DNA of 64,000 nt, taken from an uncultured Candidatus Saccharibacteria bacterium. Lineage in GTDB: Bacteria; Patescibacteriota; Minisyncoccia; Phycocordibacterales; UBA2100. The position numbers and the translations under genes are program-made. The stretch's first letter is position 1, and each line of letters begins with the position of its first letter. The DNA lies in the NCBI GenBank assembly GCA_964623775.1, contig CAZUVH010000002.1, positions 1,089 through 65,088 of the forward strand, given 5' to 3'. Positions 18,594 through 29,104 of the stretch are shown piece after piece. The notes under the pieces are model-generated. The model was given only the letters and a program-made list of their open reading frames with translations, was not told where the DNA came from and made no database searches.

Positions 18594-19571
18594 ATGGCAT
18601 CGCTTAAAAACATAAAACTCAAGATTTACTCGTACAAGAAGACGGGGACTGTCACGCACGCCATGGAGGCAGTGTCTGCCGTAAAGATGCGCAAGGCACA
18701 GGAGCGGGCACTCTCGGGCCGCGCGTACGCTGCTGTAGGGCTCTCGGTGCTTGAGCGACTCTCTGGTACCGCCGATCTCAAGCGTCATGCACTCATGTCG
18801 GCCCAAGGCCGATCTCAACCCAAGGCTGATGAGCCTAGGGCTCACGCCTCGGGCGGACAGTATGCGGGAAAAACATGTTTTATTTTGGTTACATCCGATA
18901 AGGGTCTCGCAGGATCACTCAATAGCGGTGTTATACGCAAGCTCGAGCAAGAACTCATCGATCGCAACCTTGAGCAGAAAGATGTCGTTATGATCGGCAT
19001 TGGGCGTCGCGGTGCAGACTTTTTTGCAAATCGCGGATATGAAGTGCGTGCAAAGATCGAAAATGTCGCAGAGAGCATCTCTGAGCAGGATATACGCGAG
19101 GTCACCAACAGGGTGATCGAGTGGCATGCGAGTGGCGAGATAAGCCAGTGCGTCGTCGTGTACCAAAATTTCATATCAACATTCGAGCAGCACCCGAGCG
19201 TCCGCCAGCTCGTCCCGGTGACCACCGCCTCGATGCGCGACATGGTGAAGGGCATCCGTCCGGCCAAGGGTCGCTATGCGCCCGCGCAAGATACAGAGCT
19301 CAAAGAGGGGCCGGCCGCCTATACGATCGAGCCCGATGCCGATACCGTCCTTGCGCTCCTTTTGCCGCGCCTCCTCAATGTCGCCGTCTTCCATGCGGTC
19401 TTGGAGAATAAGGCTTCCGAGCACTCCGCGCGCATGGTCGCGATGAAAAGCGCGACGGATAAGGCGAAGGAGATGGCGCACAATCTGACGCGCAAGTTCA
19501 ACAAGGTGCGTCAGGCGGCGATCACACGCGAGGTATCGGAAATCACTTCCGGTATGGAAGCGATGAAGTAG
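18594..19571 (+). CDS. atpG: ATP synthase F1 gamma
   Basis: VT.AME.VSA.KMRKAQ, TSDKGLAG and ASEHSARMVAMKSATD. Confidence 0.97.
   Translation: MASLKNIKLKIYSYKKTGTVTHAMEAVSAVKMRKAQERALSGRAYAAVGLSVLERLSGTADLKRHALMSAQGRSQPKADEPRAHASGGQYAGKTCFILVTSDKGLAGSLNSGVIRKLEQELIDRNLEQKDVVMIGIGRRGADFFANRGYEVRAKIENVAESISEQDIREVTNRVIEWHASGEISQCVVVYQNFISTFEQHPSVRQLVPVTTASMRDMVKGIRPAKGRYAPAQDTELKEGPAAYTIEPDADTVLALLLPRLLNVAVFHAVLENKASEHSARMVAMKSATDKAKEMAHNLTRKFNKVRQAAITREVSEITSGMEAMK
18795..18860. repeat. Nested in-frame palindromic insertion in atpG (four 15-mer hairpin units, 60-bp core)
   Basis: tcggcccaaggccga tc[tcaacccaaggctga tgagcctagggctca]cgcctcgggcgga. Confidence 0.8.
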
Positions 19572-19573
19572 TT

Positions 19574-21420
<1,847 letters not shown>

Positions 21421-21421
21421 T

Positions 21422-21673
21422 ATGGCTGAACACGGCACACTTCATCTCGTTATTGCATCCGTCGGCGCGACGCGCTTCGACGGCCCTGCGGTATCAGTGA
21501 CTCTTCCGGGAGAATCCGGCGAATTTACCGTGCTTGCCCATCACGAGCCGATCGTCACGACGCTCAAGCCCGGTAAGATCACAGTGAGAGAGCAGGGAGG
21601 CGAACACAAAGAATTTGAAGTCGAAAACGGCGTCGTCGAAGTGAGCAACAATCGCGCCGTCGTTCTCCTTTAG
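21422..21673 (+). CDS. atpC: ATP synthase F1 epsilon (N-terminal domain only)
   Basis: LPGESGEFTVLAHHEPIVTTLKPG and GVVEV motifs. Confidence 0.92.
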   Translation: MAEHGTLHLVIASVGATRFDGPAVSVTLPGESGEFTVLAHHEPIVTTLKPGKITVREQGGEHKEFEVENGVVEVSNNRAVVLL

Positions 21674-21735
21674 CATTTTCCCCGTTTCTAAATTTTCCTC
21701 CTACGTATCGCGTGCTTCCGCGATATACTTTGCAT

Positions 21736-22836
21736 ATGCACAAACGCCTCGCTATCGGCGTCGCTTTCATCACGCTGCTCTCCGCAACAAGCGTACTTGC
21801 CGCCACCATGAATGAGGCGGTAATTGCAAAATTTGCGGAGGTGGAGCAGCAATACCAACTCCCACAAGGGATACTCGCAAAGATCGCGAAGATCGAAAGC
21901 AACGGTAATGTGCAGGCGCTCAATGGCTCCACGCAAGCAGGCGGCCTTTTCCAGTGGATACCGAGATATTGGTACGATGCGGCAAGTAAGGTGTACCCGC
22001 CAGGCTCCGGTGCTCTCAATCCGCAGTCGCGCTTCAATCCTTTTATCGCGACGGAGGTGACCGGGTACAGTCTAAGGCATGTCAAAAACGTGGTTGGGCC
22101 ACTCATTCAAGCGGCAAATGCCGATCTCTCCGTCGGGCTCTATATGGGCCATTTCCTCGGTGCCGGAGGCGCCTCAAAGTTTTTTGCAATTATGAAGGCA
22201 AATCCGCAAGGTTCAGCCTCGCAATATTTCCCGAAAGAAGCGCAATACAATAGTTCCGTCTTCAGCGGGCGCACAATTGCGGGAGTATATAACTTTTTTG
22301 CATCCAAAATGCAGGCGCCAGGGATCTCGGGTGTTTCCAACTACGATGGTTCTTATACCGGACCGATGACCGGCAGAATAATGGATGCTAGCGGGAATAC
22401 GGCGCTCCAACAATCGTATACCGCCATACCTCCTGCTGCGCCGTATAGGACGTACCCGACAACGTTTAATGCTGCGCAAGATTCGAGCTATGCCAATACA
22501 AACCTCCCGCCACAAACACCAAATACCACACCCCCACCTTCTTCGCCCGGACCAGGGAGTTCTTCAGTTGTTTTTCCACCGGCCAGCTTGATCATTGCGC
22601 AGCCGTCGGTTGTTACAAAAGGTGATGTCGTGGTGGTGTCGTGGACTTCGGTCGGGATGAATACGTCGACGCAGTGCGAGATCACTTCTGATGGGGGTAC
22701 ACAAACTGCGCGCAGCAACGAGGGCACTCTCTATGTCGACACGAGCACGATGTCGTCTATCGTTACGTTCACACAGCGCTGTACGTCAAAAGCGGGGGAT
22801 TTGATAGAGAAAACAGCAAGCGTTACACTCCGGTAA
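21736..22836 (+). CDS. Secreted lytic-transglycosylase (SLT)-like protein with Pro-rich linker and C-terminal beta domain
   Basis: Signal peptide; IAKIESNG, AGGLFQW and LYMGHFLGAGGA motifs. Confidence 0.7.
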   Translation: MHKRLAIGVAFITLLSATSVLAATMNEAVIAKFAEVEQQYQLPQGILAKIAKIESNGNVQALNGSTQAGGLFQWIPRYWYDAASKVYPPGSGALNPQSRFNPFIATEVTGYSLRHVKNVVGPLIQAANADLSVGLYMGHFLGAGGASKFFAIMKANPQGSASQYFPKEAQYNSSVFSGRTIAGVYNFFASKMQAPGISGVSNYDGSYTGPMTGRIMDASGNTALQQSYTAIPPAAPYRTYPTTFNAAQDSSYANTNLPPQTPNTTPPPSSPGPGSSSVVFPPASLIIAQPSVVTKGDVVVVSWTSVGMNTSTQCEITSDGGTQTARSNEGTLYVDTSTMSSIVTFTQRCTSKAGDLIEKTASVTLR

Positions 22837-22837
22837 T

Positions 22838-23146
22838 ATGCCGGGCAAGAAATTCCAACGACGCGAAGAGGACTTCGTGTGCGAGCACTGCAAGACAAAG
22901 GTGGTCGGTGATGGTTATACAAATCACTGCCCCAAGTGCCTATGGAGCAAGCACGTGGACGTACATCCTGGGGACCGTGCGGAAGCGTGCGGCGGCATGA
23001 TGGAGCCGATCCGGGTGGAGGGCACGACGGATGCCTATCGACTCATCCATCGCTGCAAGCGCTGCGACATGGAGCGTAAAAATGACGTCGCGAAGAATGA
23101 CGATCCCGAAGCGCTCATTGCACTTGCGAGTAAAAGGAGGCTCTGA
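22838..23146 (+). CDS. RNHCP-domain zinc-binding protein
   Basis: FVCEHC, TNHCPKCLWSKHVD..PGDRA..CGGMMEP and HRCKRC. Confidence 0.85.
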   Translation: MPGKKFQRREEDFVCEHCKTKVVGDGYTNHCPKCLWSKHVDVHPGDRAEACGGMMEPIRVEGTTDAYRLIHRCKRCDMERKNDVAKNDDPEALIALASKRRL

Positions 23147-23154
23147 TCAATTTG

Positions 23155-23289
23155 CCCGGTTAGTAAAATTTCGGCTTGCCGAAGGCGAACGCTGAGAATC
23201 TAAAACGAAGTCACTTAGTTTATACTGCGTTGTCGACCTCGATGTACTCTGTGACGGCAAGAAGCAGGAGCCGAAATTATACTACCGGG
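23155..23289. mobile_element. MITE-like or structured non-coding element, 135 bp
   Basis: About 21-bp terminal inverted repeats cccggttagtaaaatttcggct / agccgaaattatactaccggg, flanked on both sides by TTTG. Confidence 0.5.
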
Positions 23290-23324
23290 TTTGCAGCATT
23301 TTTTTGCCGTGTCATCATTGAGGG

Positions 23325-23450
23325 GTGCCTAATTTTGAAGATATTCTCGAAAAGATCATGAATGCTCTCGGAATCTGGGAGCCCATCCACGATGATGAGC
23401 ATAAACACGATGCGAGCGGAGTTCACAATGAAGTAGAAAGCGATACGTAA
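23325..23450 (+). CDS. Putative 41-aa His/acid-rich small protein
   Basis: GTG-start ORF MPNFEDILEKIMNALGIWEPIHDDEHKHDASGVHNEVESDT; TTGCAG-16-CATCAT ends 6 nt before the start. Confidence 0.45.
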   Translation: MPNFEDILEKIMNALGIWEPIHDDEHKHDASGVHNEVESDT

Positions 23451-23468
23451 ACATTAATTATTTTCAAC

Positions 23469-24059
23469 ATGCAAAAAAAGATTTTCTTACTCCTCGGTCA
23501 TCCAGATAAAAGCGGCATGTGCGGTAAATTGGCCGACGCATACGAAACGGGTGCGCGCGAGGGCGGTCATGAGATTCAGCGTCTCAACATCGGGGAAATG
23601 CAGTTTGATCCCATTTTGCACAAGGGTTATCGCGCGATGCAGGATTTGGAGCCGGATCTCAGGAAATTTCAGGAACTGGTGCAATGGGCGGATCACACGG
23701 TGATCATCTATCCTGTGTGGTGGGTCGGTATGCCGGCGCTTCTCAAAGGACTATTTGATCGCGCCTGGCTTCCGGGATCGGCATTTCGATATATCAAGAC
23801 CAAGGCGGGCAAGCGCACCATCTTCTGGCATCGCCTTTTCCGCGGCAAGACGGCACGCACGATCCTCACGAGCGGTACCGCTCCATTGCTCGTGCGTTTT
23901 TTGCCAGGCAACGTCAATGCGCAGCTTAAATGGGGGATTCTGTGGTTTGCGGGCTTTTCCGTACGCAGCCTCTGGCTCGGCCCCGCAGAAAACGTCCCCG
24001 AAGCAAAGTGCACCGCATGGTGCGATCGCGCCAAAGAATTGGGACGTAGAGCAAGATAA
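23469..24059 (+). CDS. NAD(P)H dehydrogenase (quinone), flavodoxin-like fold
   Basis: LGHP..S, WADH..IIYPVWW.GMPALLKG.FDR motifs. Confidence 0.9.
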   Translation: MQKKIFLLLGHPDKSGMCGKLADAYETGAREGGHEIQRLNIGEMQFDPILHKGYRAMQDLEPDLRKFQELVQWADHTVIIYPVWWVGMPALLKGLFDRAWLPGSAFRYIKTKAGKRTIFWHRLFRGKTARTILTSGTAPLLVRFLPGNVNAQLKWGILWFAGFSVRSLWLGPAENVPEAKCTAWCDRAKELGRRAR

Positions 24060-24065
24060 CAAAAT

Positions 24066-24092
24066 AAAACGAGCGGTCGAAACCGCTCGTTT
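24066..24092. terminator. Bidirectional terminator
   Basis: aaacgagcggt/accgctcgttt stem. Confidence 0.75.
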
Positions 24093-24099
24093 ATCTTGT

Positions 24100-24167
24100 G
24101 AGGATAGCGAGAGAAGTGAAAGTTTACTTTCACTTCCGAGCGACGCAGCAAGTAAAGGTTTATCCTT
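24100..24167. repeat. Dispersed structured repeat, copy A
   Basis: Homologous to 33731-33798: gaggatag...hairpin...ttccgagcgacgcag...aggttta. Confidence 0.8.
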
Positions 24168-24341
24168 TCAGAATGTGCGCACTTTTTTCCAGAGCATGAG
24201 ACTGCTTCGCCAGATTGCTGGAATGTACGACACGTAAAAGGTCGCTGAGGCGATGAGCCATGCGTACCATACCTCAATGAAGAAGCAGAGTACGGCAAGG
24301 ACAAGGGCCCAGACGATCCAGGGGAGTACCCAGAGGATCAT
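24168..24341 (-). CDS. 57-aa 2-TM membrane protein (orphan cassette)
   Basis: AAAGGAG SD; TTGAGT-17-TATTGT at 24391-24363. Confidence 0.7.
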   Translation of the reverse strand: MILWVLPWIVWALVLAVLCFFIEVWYAWLIASATFYVSYIPAIWRSSLMLWKKVRTF

Positions 24342-24400
24342 GCGCCTCTCCTTTCTGACGAGACAATACAACGAAAATCCGTTATACTCAACCCTTAATT

Positions 24401-25495
24401 ATGAAAATCGGAATCGTCGGCCTCCCAAATGTTGGGAAATCAACGCTTTTTAACGCCCTTACTCGTAAGGGTGTCCTTGTAGCTAATTATCCATTTGCGA
24501 CCATCGACCCATCGGTTGGCGTTGTGGCGGTACCGGATTTTCGGCTCGATCGGCTCTCTGAAATGTCTCAAACGAAAAAGCGAGTGCCTGCAATCGTGGA
24601 ATTCGTGGATATCGCCGGATTGGTAAAGGGCGCTTCGGAAGGAGAGGGTCTGGGCAATCAATTCTTGCAGCACATTCGCGAAGTCGATGCGATCGCGGAA
24701 GTTGTCCGCATCTTTGATGACGAGGACGTGCATCATGTCGCCGGCTCAATCGATCCTCGCTACGATATCGAAATTATTGACCTCGAATTGGTGCAAGCTG
24801 ATTTGCAGTCGGCAGAAAAACGCCTCGATCGCGTGACGCGTGATTCGCGCGGTGGCGATAAGGATGCGCTTGCCGAAAAGGAGGTTCTCGAAAAGATCAT
24901 CCAGCCGCTCCGACAAGGAAAGGCGGCACGTACCGCGAACCTTACTGATGAGGAAAAAGCTATCGCGAAAGGTTTCCACTTCTTGACCATGAAGCCGATT
25001 CTCTACATCCTCAACCGCAAAAGCGGTGTCGTGAATATAGATGCTGAGAATGGCCAACGATGGCATGATTTGAAAAGTTTTCTAGACCAGAGCGACGCCA
25101 AGTACGTGGTCGTTGATGCGGGTGTAGAGAATGAGCTTGGCGATGTGCACGCTGATGAAAAAGCTGATTTCCGCCGCGAGCTTGGTGTCGCAGATGACGG
25201 CCTCGATGCACTCATCAAGGCTGGTTATGAGCTCCTTGATCTCATTTCCTTTTTCACGACAGGCGTAGAGGAGACACGCGCGTGGACGATTCATCGCGGC
25301 GACAAAGCACCGGATGCGGGTGCCGCGATCCACACGGATTTCAAAGATAAATTCATCCGGGCCGATACGATTCATTGGGACAAGCTGCTTGAAGTCGGTT
25401 CCTGGTCAAAGGCGCGAGAGAAGGGGATGGTCCGCTCGGAGGGTAAAGAATACGTCGTCCAAGACGGCGACGTCATGGAGTTTAAACACAGTTAA
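24401..25495 (+). CDS. ychF: Ribosome-binding ATPase YchF
   Basis: GLPNVGKST, NYPFATIDP, DIAGLVKGAS and GKEYVVQDGD. Confidence 0.97.
   Translation: MKIGIVGLPNVGKSTLFNALTRKGVLVANYPFATIDPSVGVVAVPDFRLDRLSEMSQTKKRVPAIVEFVDIAGLVKGASEGEGLGNQFLQHIREVDAIAEVVRIFDDEDVHHVAGSIDPRYDIEIIDLELVQADLQSAEKRLDRVTRDSRGGDKDALAEKEVLEKIIQPLRQGKAARTANLTDEEKAIAKGFHFLTMKPILYILNRKSGVVNIDAENGQRWHDLKSFLDQSDAKYVVVDAGVENELGDVHADEKADFRRELGVADDGLDALIKAGYELLDLISFFTTGVEETRAWTIHRGDKAPDAGAAIHTDFKDKFIRADTIHWDKLLEVGSWSKAREKGMVRSEGKEYVVQDGDVMEFKHS
25414..25495 (+). repeat. Direct repeat copy 1: last 82 bp of ychF
   Basis: Matches 25964-26045 at 75/82 nt. Confidence 0.95.
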
Positions 25496-25530
25496 AAAAA
25501 CAGAGGCCTCCGTATGTATATACGGAGGCC
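25494..25530. terminator. Terminator between ychF and the cassette
   Basis: ggcctccgtat/atacggaggcc stem with an upstream A-run. Confidence 0.75.
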
Positions 25531-25536
25531 ATGGTG

Positions 25537-25881
25537 TTATTGGATCGGCACATGCTTGCCGTCGTCGATTCGCCAGGCTTTGTAGTGCCCATCGGCGTTG
25601 AGATCGTCGGCGTCAATGTAAATCGTCACGGACTCGAAATCATGGGCAACATACTTAGACGCTTTTTCTACCTTCTGATCTCGTCTTGCTAGAGCCATCT
25701 CCAGCGTGGCATGACGCTCGGGATCGATATGCCCACCCTTCCAAAGTAGGACTCGGTGGGCTGTCATGGTGCCCTTGGCAAACTCGATCATGCTGTTGAG
25801 CTGTTGCCCCCAGAATGTGTCTGCGATGTAGCTGCCATCAAGCTTCGTAACGACGAAGTATCGAGAATCAAGATCAAACAT
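25537..25881 (-). CDS. Hypothetical protein (orphan cassette between the ychF repeats)
   Basis: AAAGGG SD; TTGACT-16-(TG)TAAAAT at 25942-25915. Confidence 0.75.
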   Translation of the reverse strand: MFDLDSRYFVVTKLDGSYIADTFWGQQLNSMIEFAKGTMTAHRVLLWKGGHIDPERHATLEMALARRDQKVEKASKYVAHDFESVTIYIDADDLNADGHYKAWRIDDGKHVPIQ

Positions 25882-25963
25882 GCAGAGACCCTTTCGATGA
25901 GAAACTCTTTATGTATTTTAGCACAAACATTCAATAAGTCAATTCATCGTCGTTGACAAAAAA

Positions 25964-26045
25964 GCGAGAGAAGGGGATGGTCCGCTCGGAGGGTAAAGAA
26001 TACGTCGTCCAAGACGGCGATGTCATGGAGTTTAAGCATTCGTAG
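25964..26045 (+). repeat. Direct repeat copy 2: displaced ychF 3' end
   Basis: Same peptide REKGMVRSEGKEYVVQDGDVMEFKHS*; all differences synonymous. Confidence 0.95.
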
Positions 26046-26088
26046 TGTAGAATCCCGATAGTCAAAAATCAGCTGAAAGGACTGCCTG

Positions 26089-26757
26089 ATGCCCCGATCT
26101 GCGGATTATTGGATCAAGGAATATAGTAAACGCGATGCTCTGTGGATTCATGATGGAAATCCGAAGCGTCCTCACGCACTCCTTACCTCGGGGAACCACT
26201 CCAACGGCTTCTTCAATAGTAGACCGGTGATTTCCGACACCCATTTACTTACAGAGGCAGCCTTCTGTCTACTCGACCATTTCTATCAGCAGGCCAGTGG
26301 AAACGTGATCATCAATGCTGTCGTGGGTCCTCAGACAGGGGCTACAAAATTGGCCGAATTGATTTGCGACTTACTTGTGCTGGGGACGCGCTATGATTGC
26401 GTCCACGTTTCTCCCGCAAAATCCGAAGTAGACGGCAAGAAAGTAATGGTCTTCAGTGATACGGAAGAAATTGCTATGCGCGGTAGGGCTGCAATCCTTT
26501 GCGAAGATGTGCTGACGACGGGTGGCAGTGTGGATCTCACTGCAGCGGCGGTCGAAAAGGCGGGCGGCACCGTTTTGCCGTACGTGCTCGTGCTTGTGAA
26601 TCGATCAGGTCTCACCGAGGTCAACGGCAAAAAAATCGTTGCACTGATTGATCGAGCGATGCCCATCTGGGAGCCGCATGAGTGTCCGCTCTGCAAGCAG
26701 GGCTCGGAGGCGCTGCGCCCCAAAGACAATTGGGCGCGACTGAACGCAGATTATTAA
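26089..26757 (+). CDS. pyrE: Orotate phosphoribosyltransferase-like protein
   Basis: HALLTSGNHS..F and CEDVLTTGGSV PRPP motif; terminator at 26761-26785. Confidence 0.8.
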   Translation: MPRSADYWIKEYSKRDALWIHDGNPKRPHALLTSGNHSNGFFNSRPVISDTHLLTEAAFCLLDHFYQQASGNVIINAVVGPQTGATKLAELICDLLVLGTRYDCVHVSPAKSEVDGKKVMVFSDTEEIAMRGRAAILCEDVLTTGGSVDLTAAAVEKAGGTVLPYVLVLVNRSGLTEVNGKKIVALIDRAMPIWEPHECPLCKQGSEALRPKDNWARLNADY

Positions 26758-26789
26758 AGTAAAGCGGCCCGAAATGGGCCGCTTTGTTT

Positions 26790-27203
26790 TTATTTTCGCT
26801 CAAATTTTTGCATAAGGTCGCGCACAACGCCCCTATCTCTCTCAAGCTGATCGAGTTTGAGACGCTGTTCTTGAGACCACTGCACAAGATCCCTCCATGT
26901 CTTGCTGTCGACAAAGCCAATAGTTCCATTAGGACAGCCGTAACTGACCTCGTTGGAGCGATAGTCTACCAAGACTCGTCCACCATCTTCACCAATAGCT
27001 GTTAGCTCCGCGTGGCCCTCAGTGACACAGGTGTCACCATATTTCAGATTTTTGATGCCACCGGGGTTTCGCACAGCGATTGATATATTTGGCCTCGATG
27101 TGAGCTTTGTTCCTGGTGTGGCCACTCCCTGTTGCGAGTTCACCCCGTCTGTCACAAGGAATAAAAACAGGACGACTAGCAAGCCCAGCAAATATCTTTC
27201 CAT
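26790..27203 (-). CDS. Secreted hypothetical protein (orphan cassette)
   Basis: Signal peptide; GGAGG SD before ATG 27203. Confidence 0.7.
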   Translation of the reverse strand: MERYLLGLLVVLFLFLVTDGVNSQQGVATPGTKLTSRPNISIAVRNPGGIKNLKYGDTCVTEGHAELTAIGEDGGRVLVDYRSNEVSYGCPNGTIGFVDSKTWRDLVQWSQEQRLKLDQLERDRGVVRDLMQKFERK

Positions 27204-27307
27204 CGTAAAACCTCCGTGGATCCTGCTCTCAAGTGTATAGAAGCGGCGTATATACGCAAATGTCGCCAAAGACAAAAAGAGGACGCCCAGCGGGCGTCCT
27301 TTGATCT

Positions 27308-27754
27308 TTAGTCGTCGTCTTTCTCAATAGCAAGGCCCAGGCGCTTGTATGCATGTGCGCGAAGTTCTTTGTTCTGATCGTAGCCTTTGTAATCCGAGTG
27401 AGCACCGCGCATATTCGCCGGCAAATCTTTCATGCGATGAATGAATGCATCGGAAGCATACGGATGCTGGACGAGTAAAATATCGAGATACCACAGACCC
27501 TTTTGCTCAAGGTCGTGGATCACCCTCGCCGGAGTCTCGATATTGCTCGCGAGCGCTTGCCATACAGGCCACACCATCCCCTGGTCCTCAAACATATATT
27601 CGCGCGCAATTCGCTGAAGCGTCCTCGGGGTAGCCCGGGGCGATCTTGCGTCTACTGTGCGCAGGGCGGCAAGCATTGCGGCCCGCTTTTCAACGAGTGC
27701 CGCGCCCTTATGTCTCGGGTATTTCCAACCGTTTTCACCAGTAATCACTGTCAT
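27308..27754 (-). CDS. Hypothetical protein with LRV/HEAT-like repeats (orphan cassette)
   Basis: QALASNIETP and LLVQHPYAS; GGAGG SD; terminator at 27273-27302. Confidence 0.65.
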   Translation of the reverse strand: MTVITGENGWKYPRHKGAALVEKRAAMLAALRTVDARSPRATPRTLQRIAREYMFEDQGMVWPVWQALASNIETPARVIHDLEQKGLWYLDILLVQHPYASDAFIHRMKDLPANMRGAHSDYKGYDQNKELRAHAYKRLGLAIEKDDD

Positions 27755-27841
27755 CGAGGCCTCCGTGTCTCGCATGGTTGTATCAAATTCTGAGGGAATA
27801 ACCAACCTGTCTTGAAGGGGCCAATATGTTATCCTATACAC

Positions 27842-28801
27842 ATGGACAAACCAAAAATAACACCCAAGGATTTCTTCCTCTGGGCGATGGCAATGATAGC
27901 CCTTTATTCAAGTATTTTCGCCCTTATCACGCTTCTCTTTGGATATATAGATTACGCGTTTCCCGATGCGCTCAATAGCTATATCGATCCCTACAGTAGC
28001 GGCATGCGCTACCAGATCGCGACGCTCCTCGTGATGTTCCCGCTCTTCCTCGTGGTCATGCGCTTTATCCGCAAGGACATCGTGCGCGATCCGACACGAA
28101 GCGATATCTGGATTCGTCGCTGGGCACTCTACCTCACCGTCTTCCTCGCTGGACTCACGATGGTCATCGATCTTATTGTGCTCGTTAATTCATTTCTTGG
28201 CGGGGAGATAACGACACGATTCGTCCTTAAAGTGCTCGTAGTCCTCGGCATCGCTGGGGTCGCATTTATGCACTTCCTTGCAGATATCTGGGGGTATTGG
28301 AGCCAATATCCTTCCCGTGCCCGCTCGGTAGGATGGGGAGTGGGCGCACTCGTACTGGTCGCTATCGGGGCAGGATTCTTCATCATGGGCTCTCCTTCGC
28401 AGATTCGTCTCTATCGCTTTGACGACACCAAGGTCTCTGACCTCCAAAATATCCAATGGCAAGTCGTTAATTATTGGCAGCAGAAGCAATCGCTCCCGAC
28501 GACTCTTGGCGATATCCAGGATCCGATCAGTGGGTATGTGATCCCGAAAGATCCGCAGACCGGAGAAATGTACAAATACGAGGCGACCGGTCCGATGACA
28601 TTCAAGCTCTGCGCGACGTTTAACGCAGAGACTCAGCTGAATTCGATGAATAACAACATGTATGCACGACCGATCGGGATCGAAGGGAAAGATCCGATGG
28701 GCGAGACGTGGCAGCATGGCGTAGGGGAGACCTGTTTCGAGCGCACAATCGATCCCGAGCGCTATCCTCCGTACAACAAGCAGCCCGCAAAAGTCATCTA
28801 A
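27842..28801 (+). CDS. DUF5671-like membrane protein
   Basis: TPKDFFLW, IDYAFPD, IRRWALYLTVF and pilin-like C-terminus (DLQNIQ..V.NYW, PKDPQTG..YKY). Confidence 0.8.
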   Translation: MDKPKITPKDFFLWAMAMIALYSSIFALITLLFGYIDYAFPDALNSYIDPYSSGMRYQIATLLVMFPLFLVVMRFIRKDIVRDPTRSDIWIRRWALYLTVFLAGLTMVIDLIVLVNSFLGGEITTRFVLKVLVVLGIAGVAFMHFLADIWGYWSQYPSRARSVGWGVGALVLVAIGAGFFIMGSPSQIRLYRFDDTKVSDLQNIQWQVVNYWQQKQSLPTTLGDIQDPISGYVIPKDPQTGEMYKYEATGPMTFKLCATFNAETQLNSMNNNMYARPIGIEGKDPMGETWQHGVGETCFERTIDPERYPPYNKQPAKVI

Positions 28802-28834
28802 AAGAAAAAGGACCCTGAAAAGGGTCCTTTCGAA

Positions 28835-29104
28835 TCACAGTAGCCACAAACTATTGTAGCCATCGATTTGCCATCGTTGCCACCCGAGGACAATCCACTG
28901 CACAGTGTTAATCCCCATAAAAAAGGCACTCCAATACTGCTCAAGGGCAGCATCAGCCACCACCATAAGTATCATCCCAATTGTGACACCGACGGATGTG
29001 AGGAGCGCGGGCTTTGAATCACTGCGGTGAACTGTCGGGATCATTGTGATGATGAAAATAATATTTGCGACCATCATCGCGGCATCTTGCCAGGTGATCT
29101 CCAT
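28835..29104 (-). CDS. Small 3-TM membrane protein, PQ-loop/SemiSWEET-like (orphan cassette)
   Basis: Three TM helices with MIPTV; AAGGAGG SD; terminator at 28805-28830. Confidence 0.65.
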   Translation of the reverse strand: MEITWQDAAMMVANIIFIITMIPTVHRSDSKPALLTSVGVTIGMILMVVADAALEQYWSAFFMGINTVQWIVLGWQRWQIDGYNSLWLL

